A DNA stretch of 64,000 bases from contig NC_069003.1 of the NCBI RefSeq assembly GCF_001194135.2, positions 17,808,833 through 17,872,832 on the forward strand, in the 5' to 3' direction. Source of the DNA: Octopus bimaculoides (Eukaryota). Under the pieces are notes generated by a model. The model was given only the letters and a program-made list of their open reading frames with translations. It had not been told where the DNA came from and ran no database searches. This document shows, piece by piece, positions 63,000 through 64,000 of this stretch. A program made the position numbers and the translations under genes. The stretch's first letter is position 1; every line of letters starts with the position of its first letter.

Positions 63000-63578
63000 A
63001 GCCACTGAACACTGCCCGTTTGGGATAAACTTTACAGGCACGGCTGTTCCATCAGCCAGGCCTGCCCAAGGTGTGTGCAGAGCAATGAAATCATTTTGCA
63101 CACCCTCGTCCAGTGCCCGAGCATTGCTGACCTGTGGGTTTACGCCGAACACCTGCTGTTGCATGTAGGACAGATCTGGCTATCAGCTGAATCCATAGTG
63201 AAGATTGCCCCACCGCCTTCTTTTGGTCGGGAGAGGCAGGCAATTTCTATTTGTCTGGTGGCTTAGCAAAAGAGGTAGTATGGTGGACTTTTTTGAAATG
63301 GCTGAAGTCAGACACTTTCCTCTTAGGCCAAGCCCTCATCAACTTCTCCAAGTTTCACTTGAAGAGGGAAGTGTTGCCTTCTAAGAAGTTTATTGAAAGA
63401 TGGATGAATCTTGGAAGAAAGGTCAGTGTGAAAGGACCAATTCTGAGTATACACCTGTAAAAATAAAAGAAAGGCTCTTGCCCTGTTGATCAGGCACCTG
63501 TGGCTTTTGTGAGTTTTTCTTGTTGCATGTCCTTTTATGTTTGTTTATATTAAATAAAAGAATAAATTATTATTATTG
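63000..63578 (+). mobile_element. Tx1-clade LINE 3' fragment
   Basis: CPRCVQSNEIILHTLVQC zinc motif, LW.YAE.LL; AATAAA and (ATT)n tail. Confidence 0.8.
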
Positions 63579-64000
63579 AGTGAGAGAGCAGTGCATGCCA
63601 TCAAAGTGACACTGAGGTAAAATATATGAAGCCCAGTATACCCATCATGACTACCCATCTGATAAGGGTACACCAGGCGCATGCATCACAAGCATATGTG
63701 CGCGACATAGTGATCTCATATCAAGATAAACATGACCTTGCTGGTGGGGTTCAGTTAGAATTTTCTTCAGGTTGAGTAGTCCATCCCGCTCAAAAGGTCC
63801 CTGAATAAGGGTTGTTTAAGGATGTTGAACCAAACACCCATGTTTCCAAAGGTGAATTATCCAAACCCCAAAGAATTCCTCTCAACACATGGCTATGATG
63901 CTCCCCCACTATTTCTGCTTGTGATCAGAGTTGTAGATATCATCAGCCACTAAGGGATATACTCAACTGGTTAAGTTTGAGCAACTGACAAGCAAATCTG
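63577..64000 (-). mobile_element. Unclassified (AAT)n-tailed interspersed repeat
   Basis: Copy of 58657-59130. Confidence 0.75.

Overview
AT-rich, repeat-dense eukaryotic genomic DNA with many N gaps. It is most likely an octopus (coleoid cephalopod); this is inferred from the tRNA-derived SINE families and (TA)n/(CA)n density. Two + strand protein-coding genes are partly visible. (1) A USP44/USP49-like ubiquitin-specific protease with exons at 44617-44686, 46241-46374 (Cys box), 52213-52378 and 57058-57207 (QQDAQEF motif). Its ZnF-UBP exons were not found and its 3' exons lie beyond what is visible. (2) A tentative gene I cannot identify at 5013-16338, built from phase-compatible exons that include 18-, 26- and 8-nt microexons. 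The rest is transposon debris: several SINE families, Tx1 and RTE LINEs, two mariners, a Tc1, a Helitron remnant, piggyBac-type MITEs and Penelope-like elements (PLEs). The most notable unannotated structures are six hammerhead-ribozyme-like motifs, including an inverted pair of U3-A8 variants in a PLE nested in another PLE. Others are a TIR element carrying a telomeric-repeat hairpin, a tandem array of five 3' splice sites before a candidate exon, a 28-bp palindromic minisatellite abutting the Cys-box exon, and repeated retroelement junctions at (ATT)n tracts. All alignments and RNA folds were done by eye, and repeat boundaries are approximate.
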